Below are positions 45,858-54,928 of a stretch of 64,000 nucleotides of DNA, piece by piece. The stretch is from an uncultured Rhodospirillaceae bacterium (GTDB lineage Bacteria > Pseudomonadota > Alphaproteobacteria > SP197), in contig CALGGB010000095.1 in NCBI GenBank assembly GCA_937880925.1, positions 4,782 to 68,781 of the forward strand, written 5' to 3'. A model generated the notes under the pieces. That model had not been told where the DNA came from, ran no database searches, and worked only from the letters and a program-made list of their open reading frames with translations. The position numbers and the translations under genes were made by a program. The number at the start of each line of letters is the position of its first letter. The first letter of the stretch is position 1.

Positions 45858-46753
45858 GGATTCGCGTCGTGGGTCTGGCCGACGCGCCGCCTGTGGACAG
45901 CTTCCGGGTGCCGGTCCCCGGCGGCGAGGTTGCCGCCTACAGCATGGGCAGCGGTCCGGACGTGCTGTTTCTGGTCAACGGGGGGCCGGGCATCGTCAGC
46001 AGCGGCATCCGCGCCGATCATGCCTGGCTGGCCGAGAAGGGCTGGCGCGTCGTCGCCCACGACCAGCTTGGGACCGGGGCATCCGACTGCCCTGACGATC
46101 CTTCCCTGTGGACCATCGCGCGCTACGGCGACGAGATTGAGGCGGTGCGCCGGGCGCTTGGCCTGGGAACCGTCCATCTGCTCGGCCACTCCTGGGGCGG
46201 CTGGCTCTCATGCGACTATGTCTGCCGTTATCCCGGTTCGGTCAAAAGCCTGATCGCAGCCAACACGGGCGCCGACATGGCCTTGCATTTGGCCGAGCTG
46301 CGCCGCCTGATCGGCGCTTTCGGGGTTGAGACCCAGACCATGGTCGATCGGCACGAGGCCACCGGCACGCTGAAGGATGCCGAATACCGCGCCTTCTGCA
46401 CGCTGTTCTACTGCCGCCACCAGAACAGGCGGCCCACCGGAGAACGCCTGCCGGAAGGGATCACCAAACTCAACATGCAGATCCAGATGGCGCTGTGGGG
46501 GCCGGCGGAATTCTCCTGCACCGGCAGCCTGCGCGGCTGGTCGCGGCTTGACGACCTGCGCCGCTTCACATCGCCCTGCCTGGTCTTCAACGGTGTCCAC
46601 GATTACCTCACCATCCGGGAGGGCGCGGAGATCCAAGCCGCGGTGGCCGGCTCGGAAATGACCGTGTTCGCCAACAGCGGCCACATGCCTGCACGGGACG
46701 AGCCGGAGGCCTATCGCACTGTTGTGGAAGGCTTCCTTGAACGGCACCGTTGA
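45830..46753 (+). CDS. Alpha/beta hydrolase, proline iminopeptidase-like
   Basis: Motifs NGGPG and GHSWGG. 307 aa in the track. Start uncertain because of a 28-bp overlap upstream. Confidence 0.65.
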   Translation: MVPGAGPALGIRVVGLADAPPVDSFRVPVPGGEVAAYSMGSGPDVLFLVNGGPGIVSSGIRADHAWLAEKGWRVVAHDQLGTGASDCPDDPSLWTIARYGDEIEAVRRALGLGTVHLLGHSWGGWLSCDYVCRYPGSVKSLIAANTGADMALHLAELRRLIGAFGVETQTMVDRHEATGTLKDAEYRAFCTLFYCRHQNRRPTGERLPEGITKLNMQIQMALWGPAEFSCTGSLRGWSRLDDLRRFTSPCLVFNGVHDYLTIREGAEIQAAVAGSEMTVFANSGHMPARDEPEAYRTVVEGFLERHR

Positions 46754-46855
46754 GCGTTTGGCGGCTTTCATCACGGGGCCAAATCGGTAAGATCGCGCCG
46801 AATCGAGCCGGCGCGGTGCAACGACGTTCGGCCAACAGCGGGAAGGAACGACATC

Positions 46856-47863
46856 ATGCAAAAGGCGGGTTCGCCTTATCTGCTTTTCCTCGGTGATGCC
46901 CAGGACGAGCTCTCGATCAAGGGCTGCACCGGCGTCAAGATCTGGCGGCCCGAGAAGGCCAAGGCGCAGATCCGTCTGGAAGGCTGCACCCAGGACCTCA
47001 AGCTGCCCGATATGACGCCTGCCGAGGCCGCCGCTGCCGGATGCAAGACCATGCTGCTGGGCGTGGCCAACGCCGGCGGCTTCATTCCCGACAACTGGAT
47101 CCCCACGATCCTGCAGGCCCTGGAATCGGGCATGGACGTGATGGCCGGCATGCACAAGCGCATGGCCGACATTCCCCAGCTTGCCGAAGCAGCCAGGAAG
47201 CATGGCCGTACCCTGTTCGACGTGCGCCAGCCCAGCCAGGACTTCAAGGTCGGCAAGGGTTACGAGCGCGCCGGCAAGCGCGTGCTCACCGTGGGCACCG
47301 ACTGCTCGCTGGGCAAGATGTTCACCTCGCTCGCCATCGAGAAGGAGATGAAGGCGCGCGGCATGAACGCCACCTTCCGCGCCACCGGCCAGTCCGGCAT
47401 CTTCATCGCCGGTGAAGGCGTGGCGATCGACGGCGTCATCGCCGATTTCATCGCCGGCGCCACCGAGTGGCTGACGCCCGAGAACACGCCCGATCACTGG
47501 GATGTCGTCGAAGGCCAGGGCTCGCTCTTCCACCCCTCCTTTGCCGGCGTCAGCCTGGGCCTGCTGCACGGCGCCCAGGCCGATGCCCTGATCATGTGCC
47601 ACGAGCCGACCCGTCCGCACATGCGCGGCGTTCCCGGCCGTGCGCTGCCCTCTCTGGAGGAGTGCATCGAGGCCAACGAGCGTTCCGCGCGCCTGACCAA
47701 TCCCGCGGCCAAGGTTGTGGGCTTCGCCATCAACACCTCGGCCATGCCCGAGGACAAGGCCCATGCCTGGATGGAAGAGACCGCCAAGCGCTTCGGCATG
47801 CCCTGCTGCGATCCGCTGCGCGGCGGCGTCGGCCCCATCGTCGACGTTCTGGCCAAGATGTAG
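46856..47863 (+). CDS. DUF1611-family protein (DgcN-like putative N-acetyltransferase of D-glutamate catabolism)
   Basis: 335 aa. Rossmann-like N-terminus typical of DUF1611. Paired with a downstream dipeptide-epimerase-like gene. Confidence 0.6.
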   Translation: MQKAGSPYLLFLGDAQDELSIKGCTGVKIWRPEKAKAQIRLEGCTQDLKLPDMTPAEAAAAGCKTMLLGVANAGGFIPDNWIPTILQALESGMDVMAGMHKRMADIPQLAEAARKHGRTLFDVRQPSQDFKVGKGYERAGKRVLTVGTDCSLGKMFTSLAIEKEMKARGMNATFRATGQSGIFIAGEGVAIDGVIADFIAGATEWLTPENTPDHWDVVEGQGSLFHPSFAGVSLGLLHGAQADALIMCHEPTRPHMRGVPGRALPSLEECIEANERSARLTNPAAKVVGFAINTSAMPEDKAHAWMEETAKRFGMPCCDPLRGGVGPIVDVLAKM

Positions 47864-47896
47864 ACGTGGTGCTCGCCTCGATCGCCCCCACCCCAA

Positions 47897-47998
47897 CCCT
47901 CCCCCTCCTGGGGGGAGGGCAATCCCGTTTGCCGGCAGCGGCCGGTGATGTTTTCACGGCCGCTGCGACAGCGTCCCTTCCCCCCTGGAGGGGGAAGG
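47897..47998. repeat. Three strong hairpins in the 175-bp spacer between the DgcN-like and DgcA-like genes: CCCTCCCCC/GGGGGAGGG (47897-47919), GCAGCGGCCG/CGGCCGCTGC (47935-47966), CCTTCCCCC/GGGGGAAGG (47976-47998)
   Basis: Perfect stems of 9-10 bp, read directly. C-rich and G-rich arms. Confidence 0.7.
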
Positions 47999-48038
47999 AC
48001 AGGATGGGGGGGAACGGCGCAGCCGTTCTTGTGTATTC

Positions 48039-49022
48039 ATGAGCCGTTTGCTCAAGGCCGCCCACGAATCCTGGCCGCTGGCTCAGGTCTTCCGCATCTC
48101 GCGCGGCTCCAAGACGGCCGCCGACGTCATCGTCGTGGAGATCGCCGAGGATGGCCTCACCGGCCGGGGCGAGGCGGTACCCTATCCCCGCTACAACCAG
48201 ACCATCGATTCCAGCCTGGCCGAGATCGCCGCGGTGCGTCGCGCGGTTGAGGAGGGCGCGGCTCGCCACGAGCTTATCACCCTCATGGCCCCCGGCGCGG
48301 CGCGCAACGCGCTGGACTGCGCGCTGTGGGACCTGGAGGCCAAGATGACCGGCACGCCGGTCTGGCAGCTTGCCGGTCTGGAGCAGCCTTCCGACCTTGT
48401 CACCGCCTACACCCTCTCCATCGACACTCCGGAGGCCATGGGTGCGGCGGCCGCAAAAAATGCCGACCGCGCGTTGCTCAAGATCAAGCTCGACGGCGAA
48501 CAGGTGCTGGAGCGTCTGGGCGCGGTGCGCGCGGGTGCGCCGAAGGCGCGGATGGTGGTCGATGCCAACGAGGCCTGGAGTGTCGATCTGCTGCGCGCCA
48601 TCGGCGGCGATCTCGCCGGCCTCGGCGTCGAGATGATCGAGCAGCCCTTGCCGGCTTCCGACGACGCCGGTCTGGCGGGCATCGACTGCCCCGTCATCCT
48701 GTGCGCCGATGAAAGCTGCCACGGCAGCGACACCGTGGCCGAGCTCACCGACCGCTACGGCATGGTCAACATCAAGCTCGACAAGACCGGCGGCCTGACC
48801 GAGGCGCTGGCCCTGCGCGAGGCCGCCATGGCGGCGGGCCTGGAGATCATGGTCGGCTGCATGGTCGGAACGTCGCTGGCCATGGCGCCCGCCATGCTGG
48901 TCGCCCAGAACGCCCGCGTCGTCGATCTCGACGGACCTTTGCTGATGAAGCAGGACCGCGAACCCGGCATCGCCTTCGACGGCAACATCATGCACCCGGC
49001 GCCCCGCGACCTCTGGGGCTGA
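48039..49022 (+). CDS. Enolase-superfamily dipeptide epimerase / N-acylamino acid racemase-like (DgcA-like)
   Basis: 327 aa. Metal-ligand positions in VDANEAW...EQP...DES. Resembles L-Ala-D/L-Glu epimerase. Confidence 0.7.
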   Translation: MSRLLKAAHESWPLAQVFRISRGSKTAADVIVVEIAEDGLTGRGEAVPYPRYNQTIDSSLAEIAAVRRAVEEGAARHELITLMAPGAARNALDCALWDLEAKMTGTPVWQLAGLEQPSDLVTAYTLSIDTPEAMGAAAAKNADRALLKIKLDGEQVLERLGAVRAGAPKARMVVDANEAWSVDLLRAIGGDLAGLGVEMIEQPLPASDDAGLAGIDCPVILCADESCHGSDTVAELTDRYGMVNIKLDKTGGLTEALALREAAMAAGLEIMVGCMVGTSLAMAPAMLVAQNARVVDLDGPLLMKQDREPGIAFDGNIMHPAPRDLWG

Positions 49023-49074
49023 GGCAGAACTCCGCCGCCCTCTCGCGCGGGACCGCCGCCCCACACACCCACCA

Positions 49075-49209
49075 CCGTCATCCCGGACAAGCGCCCGCAG
49101 GGCGCGCCGATCCGGGATCCATGCTGTGGCCGGCCGTGCCGCACCGCCTCACGGCGGCGCCGGTCGCGCTGTCACAGCATGGATCCTCCGCTTTCGCGGA
49201 GGATGACGG
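49075..49209. repeat. Nested palindromic element: outer CCGTCATCC/GGATGACGG, perfect 14-bp IR GGATCCATGCTGTG/CACAGCATGGATCC (49115-49128 and 49173-49186), plus internal hairpins including CCTCCGC-TTTC-GCGGAGG
   Basis: Read directly. Located in the convergent spacer between the DgcA-like gene and tenA. Confidence 0.7.
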
Positions 49210-49384
49210 AGATCGGATAAATAGATGATTTTTTCAGAAACTTGCAGTCAATTGTTGATGTGACACATCATCCCTGACTGTGCTTCCAGCGGATTTTTGC
49301 GAAACAAACCCAATTCGGCCTAACGCCCTGTCGGAACGAGCCGAATCCGATTCTCCGAATCCATTGCTTTAAGTCGATCCTGGG

Positions 49385-50050
49385 CTAGCCCGCGGGCCAG
49401 GCCTCGAGCCGCCAGGAGCTGTCCCAGAACAGATACTCGAGCTGCATCGCCTTGCGGAAGGCGTGGTGCATGCGCGCGCGCACGGCCGGCGTCGCGGCGG
49501 CGGCCAGGCGATCGGTCTCGGCGCGGCCCTGGGCACAGGCCTCGCCGAAACCCTCGGCGGAGTAGGTGGCGATCCAGGCGGCAAAGGGATTGTCCGGCGC
49601 GGCCTGGGCGGCGATCGCCTGGCCGACCTCCCAGTAGACCCACTGGCAGGGCAGCATGGCCGCGATGGTCACCTCCAGCGGCGCGACGGCGCCGCACTCG
49701 GTGAGGAAGCCGGTGTAGGCCAGGCACGTCGGCGTCGGCTCGATCGCCGCGACTTCTTCGGCGGACAGGCCGAATTCCTCGAAGTAACGCTCATGCAGGC
49801 TGCGTTCGGCCCGCATGGTGCCTGCGGCCCAGTCGGCCATGGTGACCATCAGGTCCTCGGTGTCCGCCCGTGCCGAGGCCATGGCATAGACCCGCGCGTA
49901 TGCCTTCAGGTAGTGCGCGTCCTGGACGATGTAGTGCCGGAAGCGTTCACCCGAGAGGGTGCCCGCGGCAAGCTCCTTGTTGAACGGCATCGCGGCGATG
50001 GTCTCGTAGAGGCCGGTATTGGCCTCCCAGGCGTTTCGGCTGAAGGTCAT
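49385..50050 (-). CDS. tenA: TenA/thiaminase II family protein (aminopyrimidine aminohydrolase)
   Basis: 221 aa with TenA pattern (ERFRHYIVQDAHYLKAYARVYA). Confidence 0.7.
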   Translation of the reverse strand: MTFSRNAWEANTGLYETIAAMPFNKELAAGTLSGERFRHYIVQDAHYLKAYARVYAMASARADTEDLMVTMADWAAGTMRAERSLHERYFEEFGLSAEEVAAIEPTPTCLAYTGFLTECGAVAPLEVTIAAMLPCQWVYWEVGQAIAAQAAPDNPFAAWIATYSAEGFGEACAQGRAETDRLAAAATPAVRARMHHAFRKAMQLEYLFWDSSWRLEAWPAG

Positions 50051-50065
50051 CTGCCGCGGCCCCGA

Positions 50066-51154
50066 TCAAAAGCGCTGTCTCTTGTTTCCCGCCTCGATCG
50101 TGTGACCGTCCACATGCGGGATGTAGCCGTCTCCCGTCATCGCGCCCTTGGGCACGGCCTTGGCGTTTGCCGGATCGGGGAAGGGGAAGTGGCAGCTTGC
50201 CCAGTGGCCGGGCGCGACTTCCTCGTACTTGGGCGCGACTTCCAGGCACTTCTTCTGCACGAAGGGGCAGCGGGTGTGGAACTCGCAGCCGCTGGGACGG
50301 CGCATCAGGGAGGGGATTTCGCCCTGCAGCTCCAGCTTGTCGCGGCGCTTGTCGGGGTCGGGCTCGGGCACGGCGGCGAGCAGGCCCAGGGTGTAGGGGT
50401 GGGCCGGGCGCTCGAAGATCTCCTTGGTCGAACCCTGCTCCACGAAGCGGCCCAGATACATGATCGCCAGCTTGTCGGAGACGTGGCGCACCACCGGCAG
50501 GTTGTGCGTGATGATGAGGTAGGACAGGCCCAGCTCGCGCTGCAGCCGGTTCATCAGGTTGAGGATCTCGCCCTGAACCGAAACGTCGAGGCCCGCCGTC
50601 GGTTCGTCGGCGATGATCAGCTTGGGCTCCAGCGCCAGGGCGCGGGCGACGCCGACGCGGCGCGCCTGACCGCCCGATAGCTGGTGCGGGTAGGCGGCCA
50701 TGAAACCCTGGTGCAGGCCGACCAGGTCGAGCAGACGTCGCGCCTCCTCGCCCAGGTTGGCAACGCCCATGTTGTGGATGCGGAAGGGCTCGGTGATGCT
50801 CGCGCGCACGTTCTTGCGCGGCGACAGGCTGGCGACGGGATCCTGGAACATCATCGCGATGTTGCGGCGGATATCGCGGAACTGGCCGTCTTTCAGGCCC
50901 ACAAGCTCCTTGCCGTTGAATTCGATGCTGCCTTCCTGGGCCTTGACCAGGCCGATGATGGCGCGCCCCAGGGTGGTCTTGCCCGAGCCGGACTCGCCGA
51001 CCAGACCGAAGGTCTCGCCGCGGCCCAGGCTGAATGAAACCTTCATCACGGCATCGATGAACGGATCGTCGATGCGCTTGATCAGCGACTTCACCAGGCC
51101 CGCGGTGCGGAACCGGACGCGCAGGTCCTTCACGGTGATGATGTTATCGGCCAT
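50066..51154 (-). CDS. Peptide-type ABC transporter ATP-binding protein (DppF-like)
   Basis: Walker A GESGSGKTT, signature LSGGQARR, C-terminal oligopeptide-type extension. Confidence 0.8.
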   Translation of the reverse strand: MADNIITVKDLRVRFRTAGLVKSLIKRIDDPFIDAVMKVSFSLGRGETFGLVGESGSGKTTLGRAIIGLVKAQEGSIEFNGKELVGLKDGQFRDIRRNIAMMFQDPVASLSPRKNVRASITEPFRIHNMGVANLGEEARRLLDLVGLHQGFMAAYPHQLSGGQARRVGVARALALEPKLIIADEPTAGLDVSVQGEILNLMNRLQRELGLSYLIITHNLPVVRHVSDKLAIMYLGRFVEQGSTKEIFERPAHPYTLGLLAAVPEPDPDKRRDKLELQGEIPSLMRRPSGCEFHTRCPFVQKKCLEVAPKYEEVAPGHWASCHFPFPDPANAKAVPKGAMTGDGYIPHVDGHTIEAGNKRQRF

Positions 51155-52127
51155 CGCGCACCAGGAAGCAGCGGGCGGAATGCTGGTCGCTCACCGCATA
51201 GTGGTCCGGCGGCGATTCGTTGCAGGGCTCATAGCGGTGCGGGCAGCGCGGCGAAAAGATGCAGCCCTTGGGCAGGTCGATGAGGTCCGGCACGCTGCCC
51301 GAGATGGTCGGCAGCTCCTGGCGCGTCTCCTCGATGCGGGCGGGATCGCATTCCAGGAGCATGCGTGTGTAGGGATGCTGGGCGCGGTGGAACAGGTCAT
51401 GGACCTCTCCCTGCTCCACGACCTCGCCGGCGTACATCACGATCACCTCGTCGCACAGCTCGGCGATCAGGCCCAGGTTGTGGCTGACGAAGAGCATGGA
51501 ACACTCGAACTCTTCCCGCAGCTCTTTCATCAGATGGATGATCTGGGCTTCCAGCGTCACGTCCAGCGCGGTGGTCGGTTCGTCGGCGATCAGCAGGGAA
51601 GGGTTCATCATCAGCGCCATGGCGATGCAGATGCGCTGGCGCATGCCGCCGGAGAACTGATGGGGATGGTCGTCCAGACGCCGCACGGCGTCGGGAATGC
51701 CGACCTGGGCGAGCATGTCGGCCGCGCGCTTCCTCTTCTGCGCCATCGGAATCTTCTGGCGGTAGAGGATATCGGTCATCTGGGTGCCGATGGAGATCAC
51801 CGGGTTGAGCGCCGTCATCGGGTCCTGGAAGACCATGGAGATGCGCTGGCCACGCAGGTCGGTGAGCTGGCTGTTGCTCATCTTGAGCACGTCGTCGCCC
51901 TGGAAGATGACCTCCGAGCCGTCCTCGATCACCGCGTTGGGCGCCAGCAGGCGCAGGACGGTGTTGATCAGGGTGGACTTGCCGCAACCGGATTCACCAA
52001 CGATGCCGACGATCTTGTTCCTGGGCACGTTGATGTCGACGTGGCGCAGGGCGCGCACCTTACCGCGTGCCGTGCGGAAGCTGACCGACAGGTCGCGGAC
52101 GTCCAGGACGTGCTCGTTGCCGCTCAT
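51144..52127 (-). CDS. Peptide-type ABC transporter ATP-binding protein (DppD-like)
   Basis: ATG 52127 (MSGNEHVLDVRDLSV...). Walker [10 protein letters not shown], signature FSGGMRQR. The 647-aa track ORF is an out-of-frame extension over the permease. Confidence 0.8.
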   Translation of the reverse strand: MSGNEHVLDVRDLSVSFRTARGKVRALRHVDINVPRNKIVGIVGESGCGKSTLINTVLRLLAPNAVIEDGSEVIFQGDDVLKMSNSQLTDLRGQRISMVFQDPMTALNPVISIGTQMTDILYRQKIPMAQKRKRAADMLAQVGIPDAVRRLDDHPHQFSGGMRQRICIAMALMMNPSLLIADEPTTALDVTLEAQIIHLMKELREEFECSMLFVSHNLGLIAELCDEVIVMYAGEVVEQGEVHDLFHRAQHPYTRMLLECDPARIEETRQELPTISGSVPDLIDLPKGCIFSPRCPHRYEPCNESPPDHYAVSDQHSARCFLVRDGR

Positions 52128-53014
52128 CGGTCTTTTTTCATCTTCGGGTCGAAGACATCGCGCATGGCCTCGCCCAGGAACGTGAAGCCCAGGGTGGTGA
52201 TGATCAGCGGAATGCCGCCCGCGATGACCAGCCAGGGCGTGTTGCGGATGAAGGAATAACCGTCGTTCAGGATCGAACCCCAGGACGGCGTCGGCGGTTT
52301 TACGCCCAGGCCCAGGAACGACAGGCCCGCCTCGATCGTGATGACGACCGGAATGTCCATGCTGGCAAGGATCAGCAGCGGCGCGATCAGGTTGGGCAGC
52401 AGGTGCGAGACCATGACGCGCACCGTGCCGGCGCCCAGCGATCGCTCGGCCAGGATGAACTCCGTGTTCTTCAGCGACAGGGTCGCCGCGCGCGTTATTC
52501 GCGCGTAGCCCGGTACGCTGGTGACGATGACGACGAAGATGATGGTCTCCAGGCTCGGCCCCACCACGGTGATCACCGCCAGGGCGAACATGATGACCGG
52601 GAAGGCGCGCACCGCGTCGAACAGCAGCATCAGCAGATTGTCGAGCCAGCGCGGCCCGTAGCCCGCCAGCATGCCCAGGATCAGCCCCAGGACGAGCGAG
52701 CCGCCGACCGAAACCAGCGCCACGTAAAGCGCGATGCGTCCGCCGTGGAGAATGCGGCTGAAGGTGTCGCGGCCCAGGTTGTCGGTGCCCAGAAGATGCT
52801 CGAAGGAGGGCGGGGCCAGGCGCGCCTTGATGTCGAGCGCCTTGTAGTCGTAGGGCGAGAGTATGTCGGCGCCGGCCGCGGCGAGCACGATCAGCAACAC
52901 CAGGATCAGCCCGAAGCAGCCCAGCGGATCGCGCAGGAGCTGCCAGAGCCAGGAAAACCGTGGTTCGCGCTTGATTGGCGCGCCGGCCTCGGTGGTTTCG
53001 ATCGCGGCTGTCAT
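52124..53014 (-). CDS. Peptide-type ABC transporter permease (DppC-like)
   Basis: ATG 53014 (MTAAIETTEAGAPIKREPRFSWLWQLL...). Permease layout. Confidence 0.8.
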   Translation of the reverse strand: MTAAIETTEAGAPIKREPRFSWLWQLLRDPLGCFGLILVLLIVLAAAGADILSPYDYKALDIKARLAPPSFEHLLGTDNLGRDTFSRILHGGRIALYVALVSVGGSLVLGLILGMLAGYGPRWLDNLLMLLFDAVRAFPVIMFALAVITVVGPSLETIIFVVIVTSVPGYARITRAATLSLKNTEFILAERSLGAGTVRVMVSHLLPNLIAPLLILASMDIPVVITIEAGLSFLGLGVKPPTPSWGSILNDGYSFIRNTPWLVIAGGIPLIITTLGFTFLGEAMRDVFDPKMKKDR

Positions 53015-53016
53015 CG

Positions 53017-53961
53017 CTACAGTCCCTGCCGTACGCGCGGATCGATCCATGCCGCCAGAAGGTCCGAGAGCAGGGTCGAAAGGGCAAACAGCATGGTCGT
53101 CACCAGCACGCCGCCCATGACGATGGGATAGTTCCGGGTGTTGACCGCATCGACCACCATCTTGCCCACGCCCGGCCGGGCAAAGATGATCTCGGCAAAG
53201 ACAGCGCCGGAAATCAGGCCGCCGACACCCACGCCGAGCAGGGCGATGGTCGGCAGAATCGCGAGCTTGAGAGCATAGACATAGGTGATCCGGCGCCGGG
53301 GCAGGCCATAGGCCCGCGCCATGCGGATGTGATTCTCGCCCAGCACTTCCAGCATCGAGGTGCGCACGAAGCGGGCGAGATATCCGACCCAGCCCAGGCC
53401 GACCGCCAGGCCAGGAAGCACCAGGTGCATCGCCTGGTCGCCCAGGTCGCCGTTTTCCCCCGCACCGATGGCAGGGAACCAGCGCAGGTTCACGGCAAAC
53501 AGCAGCAGCGCATAGAGCCCGACGATAAACGATGGAATGGCGATACATCCCACCGACAGCACACCGGTCAGTTTGTCGATCCAGCTGTTGCGGTGGACGG
53601 CCGAGAAACAGCCCAGGGGGATGCCGATCATGATCGACCAGCCCAGGCCGGCAATCGCCAGGGCGATGGTATGGGGAAGCTGCTCGCCGATCATGGTGGA
53701 GACCGGACGGTTCGACCAGACATCGACACCCAGATCGCCGGTCACGACGTTGGTCAGGAAGTTGACGTACTGCACGACAAAGGGCTGATCCAGACCCATC
53801 TTGGCCTTGAATGCTTCGCGCATCTCCGGCGTCGCGCGGGGGCCAAGGGCAATGCCTGCGGGGTCGCCAGGTACCATGTGGATCGCCGCGAGCAACAGAA
53901 GCATCGCGAGACACACGATAAGCACCGCCAGTCCCAGGCGTCGGAACGTGTACAGCAGCAT
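53017..53961 (-). CDS. Peptide-type ABC transporter permease (DppB-like)
   Basis: 314 aa, multi-TM, permease family. Confidence 0.8.
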   Translation of the reverse strand: MLLYTFRRLGLAVLIVCLAMLLLLAAIHMVPGDPAGIALGPRATPEMREAFKAKMGLDQPFVVQYVNFLTNVVTGDLGVDVWSNRPVSTMIGEQLPHTIALAIAGLGWSIMIGIPLGCFSAVHRNSWIDKLTGVLSVGCIAIPSFIVGLYALLLFAVNLRWFPAIGAGENGDLGDQAMHLVLPGLAVGLGWVGYLARFVRTSMLEVLGENHIRMARAYGLPRRRITYVYALKLAILPTIALLGVGVGGLISGAVFAEIIFARPGVGKMVVDAVNTRNYPIVMGGVLVTTMLFALSTLLSDLLAAWIDPRVRQGL

Positions 53962-54053
53962 GATGAACCTATCGGGCGATGGATCGGGTTTTATGTCAAC
54001 CCTTCTGTCGGACGTATGTCCAAGAAGTCGTGGATGATCCCGCTCGCGGAGTG

Positions 54054-54905
54054 TTACTGCGGTGGCGGACCTTCCTGGTTGCGCGGCAGGTCGTCGGTGA
54101 TCGTGAACCAGCCGGCCTTTGATCCGACGTGAACATGATCGCCGGGGCGGATGCCGGGATCATCGTCCAGGCTGCCCATGGGCACTACGGTTATCTGTCG
54201 TTCGGGGTCGCGCCTGGGCATCAGGGAGCCGCAGGTTCGGCAGAAGGTCTGGGCGAAGAAACGCGCCTCGGGAAGCTTGAAGGTGGCGAGGTTCTCCCCG
54301 CCCCTGAGGAACACGACATCGTCGAAGCCGGCAAAGGCGTTGCTGGCGTGCGCCGCCGCCCGGCCGTGCCGGCAGCGCGAGCAGTGGCAGTGGCGTGCCG
54401 TCCTGAAGGGCGCGGTGATCTCAAAGGCAACCGCACCGCACAGGCAGCTTCCGCCGACCTTGCCGTCGGTGCGCGGGGGCGCCACGGGCCGCTCAATGCT
54501 CGGCAGGCCGCTCCCGGCGGGGTAGGCGTCGTGGCGCGGCAGATCAGAGGTCAGGGTGAACCATGGCGCCCGGCTGGCAACGAAGATCTCGGCCTCCGCG
54601 GCCGGTCCCTCCTCATGGCCGCCTGCCGGCACCGACCACTCCGCGCCCTCAGCCCCGGCGAAGGGGACCTTCGCGCCACAGGTGCCGCAGAACGCCCGAG
54701 GCAGGGTGGGCGAGGATGGATAGACAACGATGGCATCCGTGCCCGAGATGAAGCGGAGATCGCCCGGTGCCACGGTCCAGTAGGTGGCGAAGGCCGCGCC
54801 GTGGGCCTTGCGGCACATGCTGCAGTGGCAGTGGCTGGCGCCGTGCGGCTGGCCTGTGATCTCCCAGGTGACGGTGCCGCACAGGCATTGCCCCTTGTTT
54901 GCCAT
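54054..54905 (-). CDS. Tandem GFA (glutathione-dependent formaldehyde-activating / CENP-V-like) domain protein
   Basis: Two GFA-type zinc-Cys modules (CLCGTVTWE...HCHCSMCRK and CLCGAVAFE...HCHCSRCRH), each followed by a CxxCG motif. Confidence 0.7.
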   Translation of the reverse strand: MANKGQCLCGTVTWEITGQPHGASHCHCSMCRKAHGAAFATYWTVAPGDLRFISGTDAIVVYPSSPTLPRAFCGTCGAKVPFAGAEGAEWSVPAGGHEEGPAAEAEIFVASRAPWFTLTSDLPRHDAYPAGSGLPSIERPVAPPRTDGKVGGSCLCGAVAFEITAPFRTARHCHCSRCRHGRAAAHASNAFAGFDDVVFLRGGENLATFKLPEARFFAQTFCRTCGSLMPRRDPERQITVVPMGSLDDDPGIRPGDHVHVGSKAGWFTITDDLPRNQEGPPPQ

Positions 54906-54928
54906 CGCTTGCTCCAGGCGGCTTTCGC

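Noticed and set aside
51144-53087. 647-aa and 596-aa composite ORFs across the minus-strand ABC operon
   Set aside because: They are frame extensions running through neighbouring genes in a different frame. The real genes are 51144-52127, 52124-53014 and 53017-53961.
53962-54053. Possible TPP riboswitch upstream of the tenA-containing ABC operon
   Set aside because: Only 92 bp, and no THI-box-like CUGAGA/ACCUGAUCUGGAUAAUGCCAGCG-type elements are recognisable on the minus strand. Cannot be supported without a covariance-model scan.
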